Positions 8,714 to 22,627 are shown, counted from the first letter of the stretch. The stretch is DNA of 50,699 nucleotides from Craspedostauros australis (GCA_030167865.1 JALAGF010006411.1:1-50699); one strand, 5' to 3'. Numbers and translations: made by a program. Notes: generated from the sequence alone by a model not told the origin.

Positions 8714-11394
8714 ATGGTGATGCACGTGGAACTCCGACATGACGACATGATGTCATCTGCGCACCAAGAAGTGCAGGTGGTGCTGGTGGAAGACCGCGAT
8801 GGCGATGTTGCATCCTCGCTGCAGATCACCAACGACCATGTTGCCGACCGCAGCCTGCAGCGATCCGTGGCCCGCGATGCCTCCATGACCTGCCGCGATG
8901 CCAGCCTGGACAACACGCGTCAGACGGCCAACACCTACCTCTCCATCCTCGATCTCACGCGCGACGACGATGACGACGATGCTGATGATGATGATGACGA
9001 CTGTCAGCAACAGGAGGAGCAGGAGCTTCTGGATGCCAGCGTCATGTTCGAAGAGCTGCATGCCGGCAGCCGCCATTCCTCCAAGTGGGACTCTCAGCAG
9101 TCTCAACAGCAGCAGCAACAGTCTCAACGCCCAATCAGCAACATCTCCGGAGAGGCCAGCGCTCCTGCGGACGACTCCTTCCTCACGGCCTTCCAGGAAA
9201 TGCCGGCCAACACGTCCGCGTCCTTCACCTCTGCATCCAGCAGAAGCAGCAGCAACACCATCAGCAACACCATCAACAACACTAGCAGCAACACTAGCAA
9301 CAGCCACAGCCACAAGGGAGTGAGGGCTCCAAGTCCCGCATCCACAGCATCCACAACCAGCATGAGCAGCGGGCCATCCACGTCAACTGCCAACACTGCC
9401 GCCCATGCTCGTCAGCAACGCAGTCCGTCGTCCCCTTCCTCTGCTTCTGCTTCTTCTTCCTCTGCTTCCAGACCAACCCATGCTTCTGCTGCCCCTGCTG
9501 CTGCTCAGCCGTCCTCCTCAAAGACGCAAGCGCACAGGAAGCGAAGCGGCCAGACAGATGATGCCACTGTCATCACCACCATGACCAGGGATGTGGCTTC
9601 GCGCCAGGCCGATGAGTCCGGAGGCATGCTGGGCCAGCTCGACTCCGTCACCGACACCTTCCTCGACTCCCTCTGCGCGGTCGGAGGAACCTCGTCGGCA
9701 TCCTGCGCGCCCTGCTCCTCGTCCACCAAGTCCTCCGCCTTTGGCAACGCCTGCTTCGTTCCGGCCTCCACCCTCACATCGGCCTCATCCACGGAGCTCG
9801 CCAACCGACACGAGGCCAGTCTGCAGATCATGGAGCTCCTCGGCTGCGCTGCGGATCCCACCACGGACGAGCTCGAGCATGTCTGGCTGGGCGACCGCGA
9901 AGCCAACAACGCTGCTCCCGTCCTTGATCGTCGCCGTGCCAAGCGCATGTCGCAATCCAACAGGGCCAGCAACCTGCAACGTCTGAACCAGCTTTACAGT
10001 AACACCAACACCGCCACCAACAACGTCAACAGCAGCAGAAGCAACAGTAGAAGCAACAGCAGAAGCACGAGACCAGTGTCCAGCGTCTCGGAACACAGGC
10101 GAACACGTCACGGCGTCAATCTCCTGCCGGCCATCTCGCCTCACGAAGGATACAGCGGCGCCCGCAACAGCGTCCACGGCGCATCCAAGGACAGCCACAA
10201 GCCCCAACCCCTCGTGCGATCGCAGACATTGGACGAACGCAAGCTCACAACGGTCGCGCAGAAACCGATCAGCCCCCTCGGTCTGCTGGACCCCCTCTCG
10301 CTCTGGATCGGCGGACCTGGTTTGGAACCCATCCCGCAAGGCGGCGACGACGACGACGATGTCCTCGATGGATACGACAGTGATCCCGAGCTGCCGCGAC
10401 AGACGAGAGCGAGCGACGTCGTCTCGTTCGATCAGCAGTTCATCCAAACATCCCTCATGGATCGTGACGACAGCGCCACGAGTTGCGCCGACTCCTTCGA
10501 TGACTTTGATTTTGATCTTGGCATTCAGCAACCGCAGCGTCCGATCAAGCGATCGCCCGCGCGGACTCCCAAACGCAATTCACGCCAACGTCCACAGCAG
10601 CAACTGCCGAGTCTCTCCAAGATGGAGCAGGCGGCTGTTCGAGATACCAAGATGCAGTACATTGTGCAGGTAAGCAAGCAACATGCAACGCACTTCACGC
10701 GAACTTGTCCTCTCTCATTCCATACCATACCATACCATACCATACCATACCATACCATACCATCCAATGCACACACTCATATGGATCGCCGACTCACCTC
10801 ATTTCATTTCACACTCACATACACGCACACATACATACATACACTTTCATTGTACAACAAATGAACCAACAGGAAACGCTCAACACGACATGGACATTGA
10901 TCTGGCATCCCAACCCCGAAAACATGAAGGAATTCAACATCCCGTCCAAACCCATTTGCATTAACATCTGGATGGAACGCGGCACGGTCCTGCCCCACAC
11001 GGGCGTCGTCTTCGAACCACAGCTCATGTGGCGCGATGCCTACCAGCCAAAGCTCCTGTCGCACAAAACCTTGACTGCCACGGCCACCAAACCATGGTCC
11101 ATCCGCCTCCTCAACACGTGCCGCATCGTCTCCATGGACACGGCCGGCACCATCTGCCGTACCAAGTACCCGCTGGCGCGTCAGAACTCCTGCCTCATGC
11201 TCAAGACGTGCCAGAAGCAGGAGTTCCTGCTCGAGGCACAGAGCGCGGCTGAGATGGCCACCATCTCGGAGCACTGGAAGATCGTCGTGGCGCGTTTCGC
11301 CAGTTTGGCCGTCACGGAGGACGTCGACACCATCTCGGAAGAGTTCTTTCACAACCTCAATGGGGCGCCCAACGTCGGGCTTCCGCCAATTTAA
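8714..11394 (+). CDS. Hypothetical protein (~825 aa) with a Ser/Gln/Asp-rich disordered N-terminus and a PH-like C-terminal domain; exons 8714-10669 and 10873-11394
   Basis: Phase-0 intron 10670-10872 (CAG|GTAAGC ... AACAG|GAA) joins the two long ORFs in frame. It has a DGYDSDPE motif, and the beta-rich C-terminal domain ends in a PH-like strand-helix (FLLEAQSAAEMATISEHWKIVVARF). The PH call is inference. Confidence 0.8.
10721..10762. repeat. (CATAC)n pentanucleotide microsatellite in an intron
   Basis: About 8 perfect CATAC units; these produce the spurious HTIPY repeat in the ORF track. Confidence 0.9.
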
Positions 11395-11748
11395 GCAAGC
11401 AAACAGCTGTTATGCTCTATTGCATGGTAAAATAGTAGAGCAGACAGATATATCAAATCACGATGCTATTATCATAGGTGCATAATATAACAATACCAAC
11501 TAAACCGGACTTACACTACACTCCATCACATCGCATCACACTCCTCGATGTACGTATGGGCAGTATTCACACGGAAGCTCGAGTGATTATATGAGACTAT
11601 CTGTCTCTCTATCATGCTAGTACGTAGAATAACAAGAGAATACTCTACAAAATGCTCTGTTTCTTTCCATCCGTCATGTGCCGCGATGCTTTGCATACAT
11701 TCCAAGCCGCCACCACCTCCAAAGTGCTGTGCGCGCAAACTTTTCGAC

Positions 11749-13934
11749 TCAGGACGACTCGGTAGCCGCAGCCTCGCTGCTTCCTTCTGTCGTGGTTATC
11801 TGCTGCCCCTCGCTGGATTGCGATTCTTGCAAACTGGCAGCGATGGCCATGGCCATTTGCTCCTCTTCGGTAATGCCTCGCAGCAGCATCGAAGCAGCGT
11901 CGAGTGCCGCCGAGTTGGAGGATGAGGATGCGGTGGAGGACATGGATGAGGAGGAGAACAGACCGCGGCTTCCGAAGATCAAGGGGGTGCTGTGCCTTCC
12001 CGCGGTGCGATTCCTGCGGCCGGATCCTACCCCGAAACGGAGTCCGCCGCCGCTGCCTGATATGTTCATTCTTCGCGACAACTGCTGCAATGGATCGTCA
12101 GTTGAGGAGGATGCCGACGCAGCCCCGCCATTGATATGCCGTTCCAGAAATCTGCGCACCAACGGGAAGCCATCCCTGGCATGCTGCGCCGCGTCGAAAT
12201 CCTCCTCCGATTCTCCGTCCTGCTGCGCCTCCTCCATGGATACCACGATGGCGGCCTCCAGCAGGATGAGATCGTCGAGTGACTGGATGGAACGCTCGCC
12301 TGAGCTTTCGTAAGCATCCACGACGCTGAACCAATCCCTGCCGGTGCCGCCAAGCATCATGCGACGGTGCCTGCCAAGGCTGTTGCGCAAGGCGGTGTGC
12401 TGACCCTGCTGTGTTGTGTAGTAGTTGCGCTGGTTTTGCAACGTCCGCTCTGCCGCCTCTGCCTGCAGGCGCAGCGTCAGCGGGTGATTGTGCTGCGCCT
12501 TCATCTGATTTTCCAACTTCCTTCGATCCTCGCTCGACATGGCGATCGCCTGGATGAGGGAGTCATCGGCGCTGGCACCATTGACGATATTGCTCGCGCT
12601 GGCATCCGACGAGGCGAAGGATTCAGAACGTTTCCGCATGATCTCTGCCACGCGATCATCCTGCTGCAGCGACGAGCCAAACCCGCCAAAGCTCTTGCTC
12701 CGATTTCTCGTCGCGATGTCGCTGTTCTCCTTGTTGCCGCCGTCATCGTCCCCACCATTGCCACCGTTGTTATCGTTGTTGCTCGATTCAGAACCACCTG
12801 CATTTGATTTGCTCGATGATGATACGGGTGGGGCCGTCTCCTGCAGCAGCTGCTGAGATTGCTCCTCCTTGAGCCGCTGCTCTGCCTTCTTCTTGGCCTC
12901 CATTATTCGCTTCTGCTCCTGATCTTCTGCGGCAATCTCTTCGTTGGAAGTCGTTGCGATGTGGACGCTGAGCTTGGGGGCGTTGCAGTATGGACACGGT
13001 GATGCTTTCTGGTTCTGCGGTCGTACCTGCAGGTAGCATTCTGTGCATATGTGGGCATGGCAGCATTTGGTCATGTTGACTTGCCGATAGTACAGGAAGC
13101 AGATGGGACACTCGATGGCACTCTTCTCGGCTTTGCCTGTGGTGGTATTGCCGCTCGTCTTGGGAAGCACCTTCGTCTCGGATCCTTTCATCCTGGCCGC
13201 CAGCTTGCCATCGCCCACCAGTTTGCGAATTGCCTTGGTCTCCCATTCGCACGATGCGTACAGGCTGGTCCGCGCAAGTGGTTAGCAGAGGTGGGTGGAA
13301 TGTTGTCGAATGTCGTCGAATGAAGCGGTGAAAAAGAAGGGAGAAGGTAGAACCGGCAGGGACGCGAGTATCAGCAGCAAGATGGATGATGATGATGATG
13401 GAGTATGATAAAGGAGATGGAGATGCATTCATCCCATATCATGCGTCAAATCGCATGTTGGAGTACATGTTAGGTTGCATCAGATCATCCACGAGAGGCA
13501 TAAAGGCAAGGTGCACGTATGTATGCATGCATGCATGCATGGATAGAGAACACGAATGGACAGCAAGTGGGAAAAAGGCAATTGATGTGAGATTGATGCA
13601 TGCGTTGATGTTGATGTCGACAGTGTTCTTGCTGCTGCCCTTCCTCTCCCTTCCTCTCTCTGTCTCTCTCTACTGCCGGTCCATCCATCTCATGGTGCAA
13701 CGCGATGCCTCCTCCATTTCAGACCTGTTTGGAACCACCCCACACGGTCACAATGAGAGCTAATTTTTTCTCAAGCACTCCACCACGCAGAACTCACCCT
13801 GATGGTTGGCAGCGTTTGTCCAGGTCCGCCTTCGACAATCCCAAGGCGTGACCGCTGCGGAATGGCACCGACACGCGATGGTGGCGATGGCCGTTGCCAT
13901 CGGAGCTGGAGGATTGGGAATGCTGGTTGCCCAT
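11749..13934 (-). CDS. GW2/DA2/Sip5-type RING E3 ubiquitin ligase with N-myristoylation motif and C-terminal UIM (~550 aa); exons 13934-13798 and 13264-11749
   Basis: Exon 1 reads MGNQHS...LDKRCQPSG and splices (GG|GTGAGT ... CCAG|C) to LYASCEWETKAIRKLVGDGKLA. RING: ECPICFLYY...KCCHAHICTECY...CPYC. GW2-like DDLILLEAAIVVSM segment. UIM: TEEEQMAMAIAASLQE. Confidence 0.87.
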
Positions 13935-14568
13935 GGTCTTGTTCTGTCTGCGATTCTGTCTGTTATTCTTGTTGCTGCTGATGGAATGGATACGAAGCGG
14001 TGATGGATGTGCGTAAGTTTCGAGTCGTTGGTTTGTTTGTGGGTGAAAAGAGCAGCTGTTTGTGAGGGCGACATGGTGTCACGATGCTTCGTGTTGTGTG
14101 CTCGCCAGATTTTGCCGTGTCGTTCGGTGTTTGTTCTTTTTCGACTTCGTCGTCACGTTTGCGTGGAGATGTTCTTGTTCGTTTTGGTCGCTTTGTGGTG
14201 GGAACGCTGGGTCGTGCTTTGTGAGTCATGAGTGGTCGCTCCCAACTCGTGAATCGATGGATGGGCGAAGAACAGCCTTGTGTTCGCCACACAGCGAGTG
14301 TGACGTCAGTTGGACGTCATGCGCAGCTAGGCGGTGGAACTACATCGTAGAATGTGTAGACCATGGGCCTAATAGCTTGTAGAGGATGGCACGACCTAGC
14401 ATCCTATATCGATGTTTCTATTCCACTCGTCCTCGTACACTGCAAACGATCTCTGGGTGGCTTCATGACAAAATTGTGTTGTATCTAGCGTGTATGTTGT
14501 GATAGGCTAAGGCCTTGCGTTCGTTGCCTTGGGCGTGCATGTGTGGGTGTCCATACCATGCGTCTCCA

Positions 14569-16411
14569 TCAAGCATGCTCTGTCCTGGAGGATATGATGG
14601 AATCATCATCACTGGCACCGCGCTCAAAATCAAGGCACTCCGTGTGGATGCTGTTGACATCGTCCCGATCGTGGCTCTGCGGCTGAGACTCACTGTGGTT
14701 TTCTATCTGCGCGGACTCGTCTATTCTGTGCGCGGGATGTGATACCTGCTGCTCACGGCTTCCGCTCATAGCTGTCGGATGGACCGCACGTTCGTCAATC
14801 GACGGCGATGCGACAATAAACTCAGCCGACGGCTGATCATCGACCGAGGGTGATTCATCCGTGTTGTTCTTAGCCGTGGATTCATCGTCATGGTCGTCTT
14901 TATCGGATGGCGATGAGTAACCGGATTCGAGACAGGCTTCGCGCAATTCCTGCAGTTGCGCCTCCGTAAGCAGTATTGCGTTCTGTGGTTGCCTGTCAGT
15001 GCGATCATCTGCAGCGTGTTCGCTCGGTCGGTTGTTGGTCTGGCGAGTAAGATGATGCCGCAGACCAAGTATCCGATCGATACATCGCGGTGGACTGTCC
15101 TGCACAGCTTCGGCGGACGCCGTGCTGGGATGCGTTGCAACCTGTTCCACGTCACATTGTTCACCTTCGGGAATGGCAGCGCTGATACGCCGCTCGTCAC
15201 TCATCTCACGCGAAAAGTAGATGGATTGAAACAGCCTGGACGCGAACATCTTCGAGCGCATGGAATCCTCACGTTGCTGAAGCAGGATGGAGCTGCGCCG
15301 CCTCTGCACGAGGAACTCTCTGGGATCGTTCGTGCTGAAGATCTTTCGCCAAATGAAGGTCAGGGACCGGTCGGGATATATCCTGCGCCACAGCCTGTAC
15401 CTTGGCCGGATGATGTAGATGAAGCAATTGAGGAATCCTTGCAACGGAAACAGGGCGTACATGACGAGGGTCGAGGCGAATATGAGGGGATCATTTTCGT
15501 GGCCCCTAACCTCGACGTTGTCCAGCATGGTCCTTGAGACGAAGCACCACAGGAAGCTGTTGAGGAAGATGAGCGTGTAGAGGATGGCCTGCCACACGAC
15601 CTCCCTGAGCCTCGCGTGCGTCGATCGATCGCCCAACCCCGCAAACTCCCACTGCTGATTCGAGGCCGTGCGGCGTCGAACGTAGAAGTAGATCGCCGTC
15701 GCTCCGAAGATGCTGANNNNNNNNNNNNNNNNNNNNNNNNNNNNNNNNNNNNNNNNNNNNNNNNNNGCTGACAGCAACCATCACGATGAAGAGCGCCAGG
15801 TAGCACCAGTCCTGATAGACGGACGATTGCCCCGCGGTGCATTCCAGCGCATCCGATTGGTGGCATCCGAACGGCGCCGGACTGTAGTCACAGATGAAGA
15901 TGGCCTCGACAGGATGGAAGGCATCCGTGACGACGCCCAGAACGCCCAGCAGGACGGGCGTGCCGAACGCGACGCAATGGAAGGCAGCTTCCCACGTGGT
16001 CCAGCCGATCGTCCCGCGCGGCGCCTTCCATTGGCGCACCACCGTGAAGTAGGAGTACATGCTGAGCGCGCAGTTGTACGTGGCGACGCACAGCGGGAAG
16101 CGCATGAGGAAGCCCAGCATGGAGCACGTGCGGGCGTTGCCGATGGAGAGGGGGTTGGAATCGACGGGCGGGAACAGGACGACCTGCAGCATGATCGTCA
16201 GCGTGACGATGATGTCGGCGCAGCTCAGCCCGGCGATGAGGCGGTGGTACAGCTCGCGCAGTCGCTTGCGCGCCGTGATGAGGATGCAGACGGAGCCGGC
16301 CAGCGAGAGGAAGCTCGACGTCAAGGCCACGCTGATCAGGATTATGTGTCGCGGTGGACTCAGTCCGCCTTCGATGGTCTCCATCATCTCGTTTTCTTCC
16401 CTCCGATGCAA
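14569..16411 (-). CDS. 7-transmembrane GPCR-like protein (cAMP-receptor/Git3-like diatom family), interrupted by an assembly gap at about 15717-15766
   Basis: Successive hydrophobic helices with family-typical motifs: SFLSLAGS, YHRLIAGLSCAD, GNARTC, YNCALSMY, an extracellular Cys loop, QAILY, and FPLQGFLNCFIYIIRPR in TM7. The two ORFs flank the N-gap, so the frame change between them is attributed to the gap-size estimate. Confidence 0.8.
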
Positions 16412-19400
16412 CCGTCCGTTGTGCGGCGAATGTGATAGTGTATGTGATAGTGTATGTGGTGTACTATGTGGTGTTGCTGCTTCGGCTGTTGCTCGTGTGG
16501 CATCGACTGTACAGTATAGTATAATATTCTAGAATAGAATATAATAGAATAGTACAGTAGTGCCAAGGGTGTGGAGTGTTGGTTGCTGGGAGGACTGCAG
16601 TATGGTGTGATACCGTGCTCCCCTTTGAAACAGAGAGCAAAACAGAGAGAGATCGACTGGCAAACGCGAGGCGACGGCGCGCGTTCGCACCACATCGCGC
16701 CACTGGGAACCATCCGCTCTTCCTTGTGGCGTTTCTGGTGTTGGATTCTACCTACCGACGCGGAGAAGAACGCCGCGTCGTTTTCATGTGATGTGGCATG
16801 TTCACCTGTTGTTACGAACAGTGCGTGTGTGCGGGTAAGAAATTCGGTCAATTCTGTCCTTCCTCGGCGTCTTGCGTCAATCAGCATTTGGCCGTTCATG
16901 ATCACAGAAGGCATGTATGGCTGCGTGACAAGTCTGTGTTAACTGCGAAATGACCGACATCCATCAATGAATGGCCGTATTTGTGCCACCACCATCTGTT
17001 TGGGCGTATGGAAGGGTACGAGCGGGAGACTTGAAGTACAAAAGCGGGAGCGTCGCGACACATCAGATCGCAATTTGCGTGAGGTGAGAATCATGGGCAT
17101 AATTAGGCTCGATGAGGGGGTACGACATCGCTTCACGAATGATGCTGCTGTAGAGCTCGTGGTGTTCGCAGGGGTGATCAACAATTGTCGCTCGCGTACT
17201 GACGCAGGATAGCCTTGATGCGTCTCGTCCACGCAAACGTTTGGCGCTGTCCCGACACCTTAGCAATTCGATTCCACAGGCAAACCCTGATTGAGGTTCC
17301 AAACAGCATTGGAGTTGAAACATCTCTCTCTCCAGAAGCATAGTATCGCTTTGATCCGACGTTTGTGTGTGTCGATGAAGTCTTGGTGGAGTGAAGAGAA
17401 AGAAGTGCTACGAGATCAATCAGCTTCGGGGCCGTCATCAACATGAACGTCACAAACATCTACCATACACGGATTGGGTGTCATTTGTGGACACGCCCTT
17501 CGCAACCTCTGTTTGACTGATACTCTAGGAGATTTGGTGCATTCCTTGTGGAATTGCCCGTTCTGTGCTGTTCTGCCTCGAAGTACCAGTGCAGCACGAT
17601 CTGTTTGCTGGAACACGTGTGTGCAACATTTGTGGAGTGCCTGTCCCCAGGTTCCTCGTCACATTGGACTTCTCCGACGTTCCTGTTGTGCCTCGGAGAG
17701 GTTGTTCAGGTGGATGGCAACATCACCGCAACGATTCGCAGCTCTCAAGGGTGAATGCCGATAGCCATCTTGCTATGACTGTTGTTGATGTCTCATGTGC
17801 TGTGTGACGGCGTACACGGTGGAATTCCTCTGAACGCTTTCACTCTTTGTGTGAAGAAACCTGTGATGTTCTCAATCTTCGGGTGGTGGTTGCGGTGGAA
17901 CAACCCGTGGACACCATCGTCGTCTGCGTTGGTTGGTTGGAATCTGTTCGCAACACATTTCTTCCAGCCGGAAATTTGGTGGTTACTTGTCGGTTATGAT
18001 AACTCCCATAAACGTTATTGTATGTGTATTCAAATAAGATGCCAAATGCGACAACAGTGAGACATCCATTTGGATTGCGGTAAAATAAATCAATATTAGA
18101 ATAATGAATACTGTTTCCACATAAATCACCATAAATGTATGATTCAACCCAACCCCCAAATGATGTTTTCGAATCTGTTGGCGAGCCTGCGGCTCGGAAG
18201 AACTGGTGCCGTAGCTCGTACTCGCGACAGCTCACGAACTGAGGCATGATCAGGGTACGTAGGTGTCCTCTCCATGAATAGTTGGAATATATATCACGTT
18301 ACGTCCTCCTGAAGCAACGCCCAATCTCGCAAAAATCACGAGCAGAGCGACATTCCGCAATAGTGTTCGAGCATGACCGTGGAGCGATAAATGATAGAAC
18401 TGCTGCTTGCCGAGGTCGAGGAGACATCCTGGATGTGCTAGTATAGTGGCAGGAAAGAGGTCCAAAGTCGGCCATTTATTCTGCGAGAGCGCCCGCAGCC
18501 TCCGAAAGATCCATCATCTGCGAGTACTGCTGACATCTTTGCGAGGGACGACCACCGAATGACCGTGACAGCGATGTGGCTATACCAGGGAGAGTGGTTG
18601 GCGAATCCATAATAAAATAGAATAGTTGCTAGAGAGAGCTGCGGCCTGTGTGCTTGCGTATGTGGTGCAGATTGATGCTGCTGATGCCAAGTTGTACCAT
18701 TCCGACAAGCGAAGAGCTATTTGAATGCACACCAACGCCCTTCAAGATGGTGGAATCAGCGATGAGTCATCCTGCAAATGTTGAAGGTGGAGAGCAAGGA
18801 CTCCAACTAACATTTGACGAGCAGAGAGAGAGAGAGAGAGAGAGCGGAGTTGATGCAGAGGTCGTAGATATCCCTGACTCTTGATTGGTGCCATAGACAG
18901 TACTCTATTCGCCAGGAGCCGTCGTCGGCGCGAGGATGTTTGCTTCCTGTCTAGTTCGCCTTCATCCACCGATGGTCACGGATAGAAATATGCACTGACA
19001 ACATGTGTCCGAGTCCGAGAGATGCTGAGAAGTTGGCGCATCACAGCCACTTCGCCAGAGAAGCCACGACTACGGAGGGCACAAATGCAACCGGATTATG
19101 GGACGTTACGCAACCCCTTCGGTGCCTTCGCGTCAATTGACATGCCAATGATACAACAAAAGTCCGCAAGATGCGATCCGTGCCTGCAAGCAGGGGCGTG
19201 TGACTATGGCATCGCCACAGATGGTGGTCTTCCCTCCTCTTGTCTTCATTTGCCTCTTCCTTCCGTTTTCGGTTGAGCCTGAATTTTCGGAGGAGACGAG
19301 GGCGCTGTCGCTGTGCGAGCAGAATCGCCGAGTGCCTTCTCAGACTAGGGAGCGATGCCGTTGTCGGAAACAAGAGCACAACCGTGGTGTTGAGACCAGC

Positions 19401-20392
19401 GCGCACGTACGGAACCGAGAGGTTGCCACCATGATGTTGCGAGAAGAGAGAGAGAGACTATCTGGAGACGCTGTGATCATGATGTCCGTGTTCTCTGTAA
19501 ACCACCAGACGACAATCCCAACGATGACCCATCCATTTAGTCTGCTCCATGCGGCGATGTTTCGTTCGCAGCTTCCACAGAAATACGAACAGCGCGAAAA
19601 CAAACGGTCCTTGGCGAACTTGCCACCATGTCCTTCACAAAAGCGAGATTGGATTTGATCGTACCACGCCAGAATGGTTGTTGATGGATTTCTCGCGATG
19701 GCCGATTTTCGTTCCTTCAGAAAACTCATGACTGGGGGCGCCGGTGGACTTTCATCTCTGCGATAAGTGGTAGGCACGAAAATAAAGTTTATTTAACACA
19801 TGTGGCACTGAAATGCGGACAAGAGCGGTTCTCGTAATCGTACCTCTCGGCCATACTGCTCACGCACTCAACATGACCAATGAATGATCACCATAAATAA
19901 AGGGACACAACATCGCGTGGCAGATTAAGAAATGCGGAGTTTCGTTTGCATCGCTTGTGGTCTTTCGGTCATAGAAAATGTCAATGAATGACTATCTCGC
20001 AATATATATGACGAGATCGATTTTCTCGTGCATTCCTTCACCGCAATGCATCCGCAAGGACAAAAGCGAACAACTTGAACAGGAAGTATGTTTGCGCATC
20101 TCACGCGCAACTCTGTGTGCTCGGCTCTTTGTTTCTTTGGTGATTGTGCGTTTTGTCGCAAGTTCTCACGGGTTGCTGTGTTTCGTGGTGGTCTTGGTTG
20201 CGGTCCTGTTTCTCGTGGTACTGGTGCAAGCGAATGGTGTGTGGGAGCGGCTGGTGCGGGAGTTGGGATCGATCGCATCCACCCCATCTGCTCTCATAAA
20301 ATCAACAACTTGACAAACCACAAGCCACCACAGTCACAACCACACCAACTCACCCAACTACAACAACAACAACAACACCACGACACAACACA

Positions 20393-21151
20393 ATGAAGTC
20401 CACAATCATCGCAACCACCGCCGCACTCTTCGGTTCCATCCTGAGCGCCTCCATCACAACGATCGCAGCAGATGCAACCATCGAGACACCATCGCAGCCG
20501 ACGAAGAAGAGCGGACTGCGCAGCGCCAGATCCCACCACACCAAGACTTCGCCAATGGCAACAGACCTCGACACCACCTCCACATCGAAGCCCGTCTTCA
20601 CCTCCGAGCTGCGATCGCTGGACTCCTCCTTCGTCGTGCACGAGAACGATCAGATCGCCGCCTACGAACCAGCCCGCATCACATCGCGCGGACGCCTCTC
20701 CATCGAGGGAGACCACTCGACGCTGCATGCCAGACAGTCCATGGAGATCAACGGCCTTCTCTACTTCGAGCCAGGTGCCAACGTGCGACGCACGGCCCCC
20801 ATCGTCGTCGACGGTGAGCTCGTCATCAACCCCAGGACGGCGCGCATCTCCATCGAGGCCTCCAGCTACCACGGCGCCACGGGTCTCTTCGAGCTCATTC
20901 ACTTCAACGATGGCCACATGGGAGAGTTCGTGCCATCGAACATCGTCATCCTGGGATTGGACCACTCGCTTGCCGCCGAAGTCATCTTCACGCAATCCAG
21001 CCTGTCGCTGATGATCCACCCAAACCCAAAGTACAGCTCTCTGGAATCGTCGCTGAGACACCAGAACGCAGCCGCTGCCGCTGACAACAAGAAGGGCATC
21101 TTCAAGGAGACATCGAAGGAGGAGACGAACATGCGATTCTACAGTATCTAG
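20393..21151 (+). CDS. Secreted hypothetical protein (252 aa) with a beta-strand-rich core
   Basis: Signal peptide MKSTIIATTAALFGSILSA, strong C/G-ending codon bias, and a CAA-rich 5' leader like other genes in this window. Confidence 0.8.
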   Translation: MKSTIIATTAALFGSILSASITTIAADATIETPSQPTKKSGLRSARSHHTKTSPMATDLDTTSTSKPVFTSELRSLDSSFVVHENDQIAAYEPARITSRGRLSIEGDHSTLHARQSMEINGLLYFEPGANVRRTAPIVVDGELVINPRTARISIEASSYHGATGLFELIHFNDGHMGEFVPSNIVILGLDHSLAAEVIFTQSSLSLMIHPNPKYSSLESSLRHQNAAAAADNKKGIFKETSKEETNMRFYSI

Positions 21152-22627
21152 AGAGAGAGAGGATACTTGTAAGGAATCGCACAACCGCACCTGGCCGACG
21201 ACGGTCATCCGCCGCACAAGATGCAACAACCACAACAAACACAACAAACACAAACATAGAGCATTAAACACAAAAAGCAAATAGCAATAGCAAAGATAGA
21301 GCAGCAACAACAACAACATCATTAGAGTAGATTTACTTCCTGCTTCAGCACATAGCCCGTCGATGTCCAAACAGGTAATCGCCACCAACAACCCGACAGT
21401 TTCCGCACCGGACATTCGGGTCTCACTCGAGGTACTGGACACGGTCACATCAATCTTGATTTTGGTCTTGGTCGGGACACGACAGTGTTTGTGCACAACG
21501 CAAGTAACGCGGCTGTGTTGAGACAGACTTCAGTCACGCACAAGCATCGCAATTTACGGAGTTGATGCCGACATCACCAGCGTTCGTTCGTCAGGACGGT
21601 TCGTGTCGAGACACGAAGCGCAATACATATGGCGTGCTTCTGTCCCTGACAAGACTTCGGAGTGGAATACTCCCAACATGCATGCATGTCTCTTGTTGCG
21701 TTGCCTTGGGTCCGCATCCTATCCACAAACGTCATGGCATCGATCAGGGCATCCCGCTCCGATCATGAACTCGCTCTCTCTTCTTTGTCGATACAGGCAG
21801 ACAGACATGTCCTCTTCAACTCTTCCGCAGCCTTGCCCCTTTCGCATCGCGCTTCAACACTGCGTCCCAAATGCGCGAATCGATACACTTCACTTCTGTG
21901 AACATTGGTGGATGTCTTTGTGATGAGCAATCTGTCACATCCTTTGTGCAGCCAAACGCATTGTGAGTGACCAACGCCGTCAAGATGAGTACGGATGGCG
22001 AGGAGCATCGTGACGCGACACGAGGTGTTGCATTCAAAAGACGAGACTCTTTTGGATTGCTTGACTGACCCCAGGGCCCCGAGCAACACGAGAGAGCTAC
22101 GCACGTATGGACGGTATCAGTGGGACGAACCATCGCCTCTGCAGATGATGAGCTCTTGGTCATGCACGAGACGGTGGATGATGGACTTGATGACCGCAAG
22201 TGTTGTTGGCGTTGGACGAAATCACGTCGCAAAAGGTATCTTCATATGGGGTTTGCGGCAATTATACATTAATATGCCACTATATACAGATAACCGTAAT
22301 ATAACGACAATGGAATTCCATGAAACGAGAACGAGAAGAAGCAAGCGCAATTCTCAACATCAAGACACCTCCAAGATGCGAGCATTCACAACAAGCGAGG
22401 ATGCTCCAGAAGACAGGCAACAACATCGACGTCCAAAGCGGCGGAGCAAGTCCTTTGGGAAAATACCGCACGAGGATGCGCACGCCGGCGAAGATCGAGG
22501 AGACTTGTTGAAGGTTTGGCTATTTGGTGGTGGTGATTTATGATATTACTCGTATTGTCTCTGTCCAATGACCATTCTATTGTGCGACGCAAGGCATGCA
22601 CCCATGCATGATGGTACCACACGAAGC

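Noticed and set aside
15717..15766. Frameshift in the 7TM gene
   Set aside because: It coincides with an N gap of estimated length, so it is not evidence of pseudogenisation.
16900..19800. Patchy protein-like fragments on the minus strand (for example 17840-18465)
   Set aside because: Frequent stops and no identifiable family. A decayed gene is possible but cannot be supported without a search.
20294..21496. 400-aa minus-strand ORF
   Set aside because: Antisense shadow of the codon-biased secreted gene at 20393-21151.
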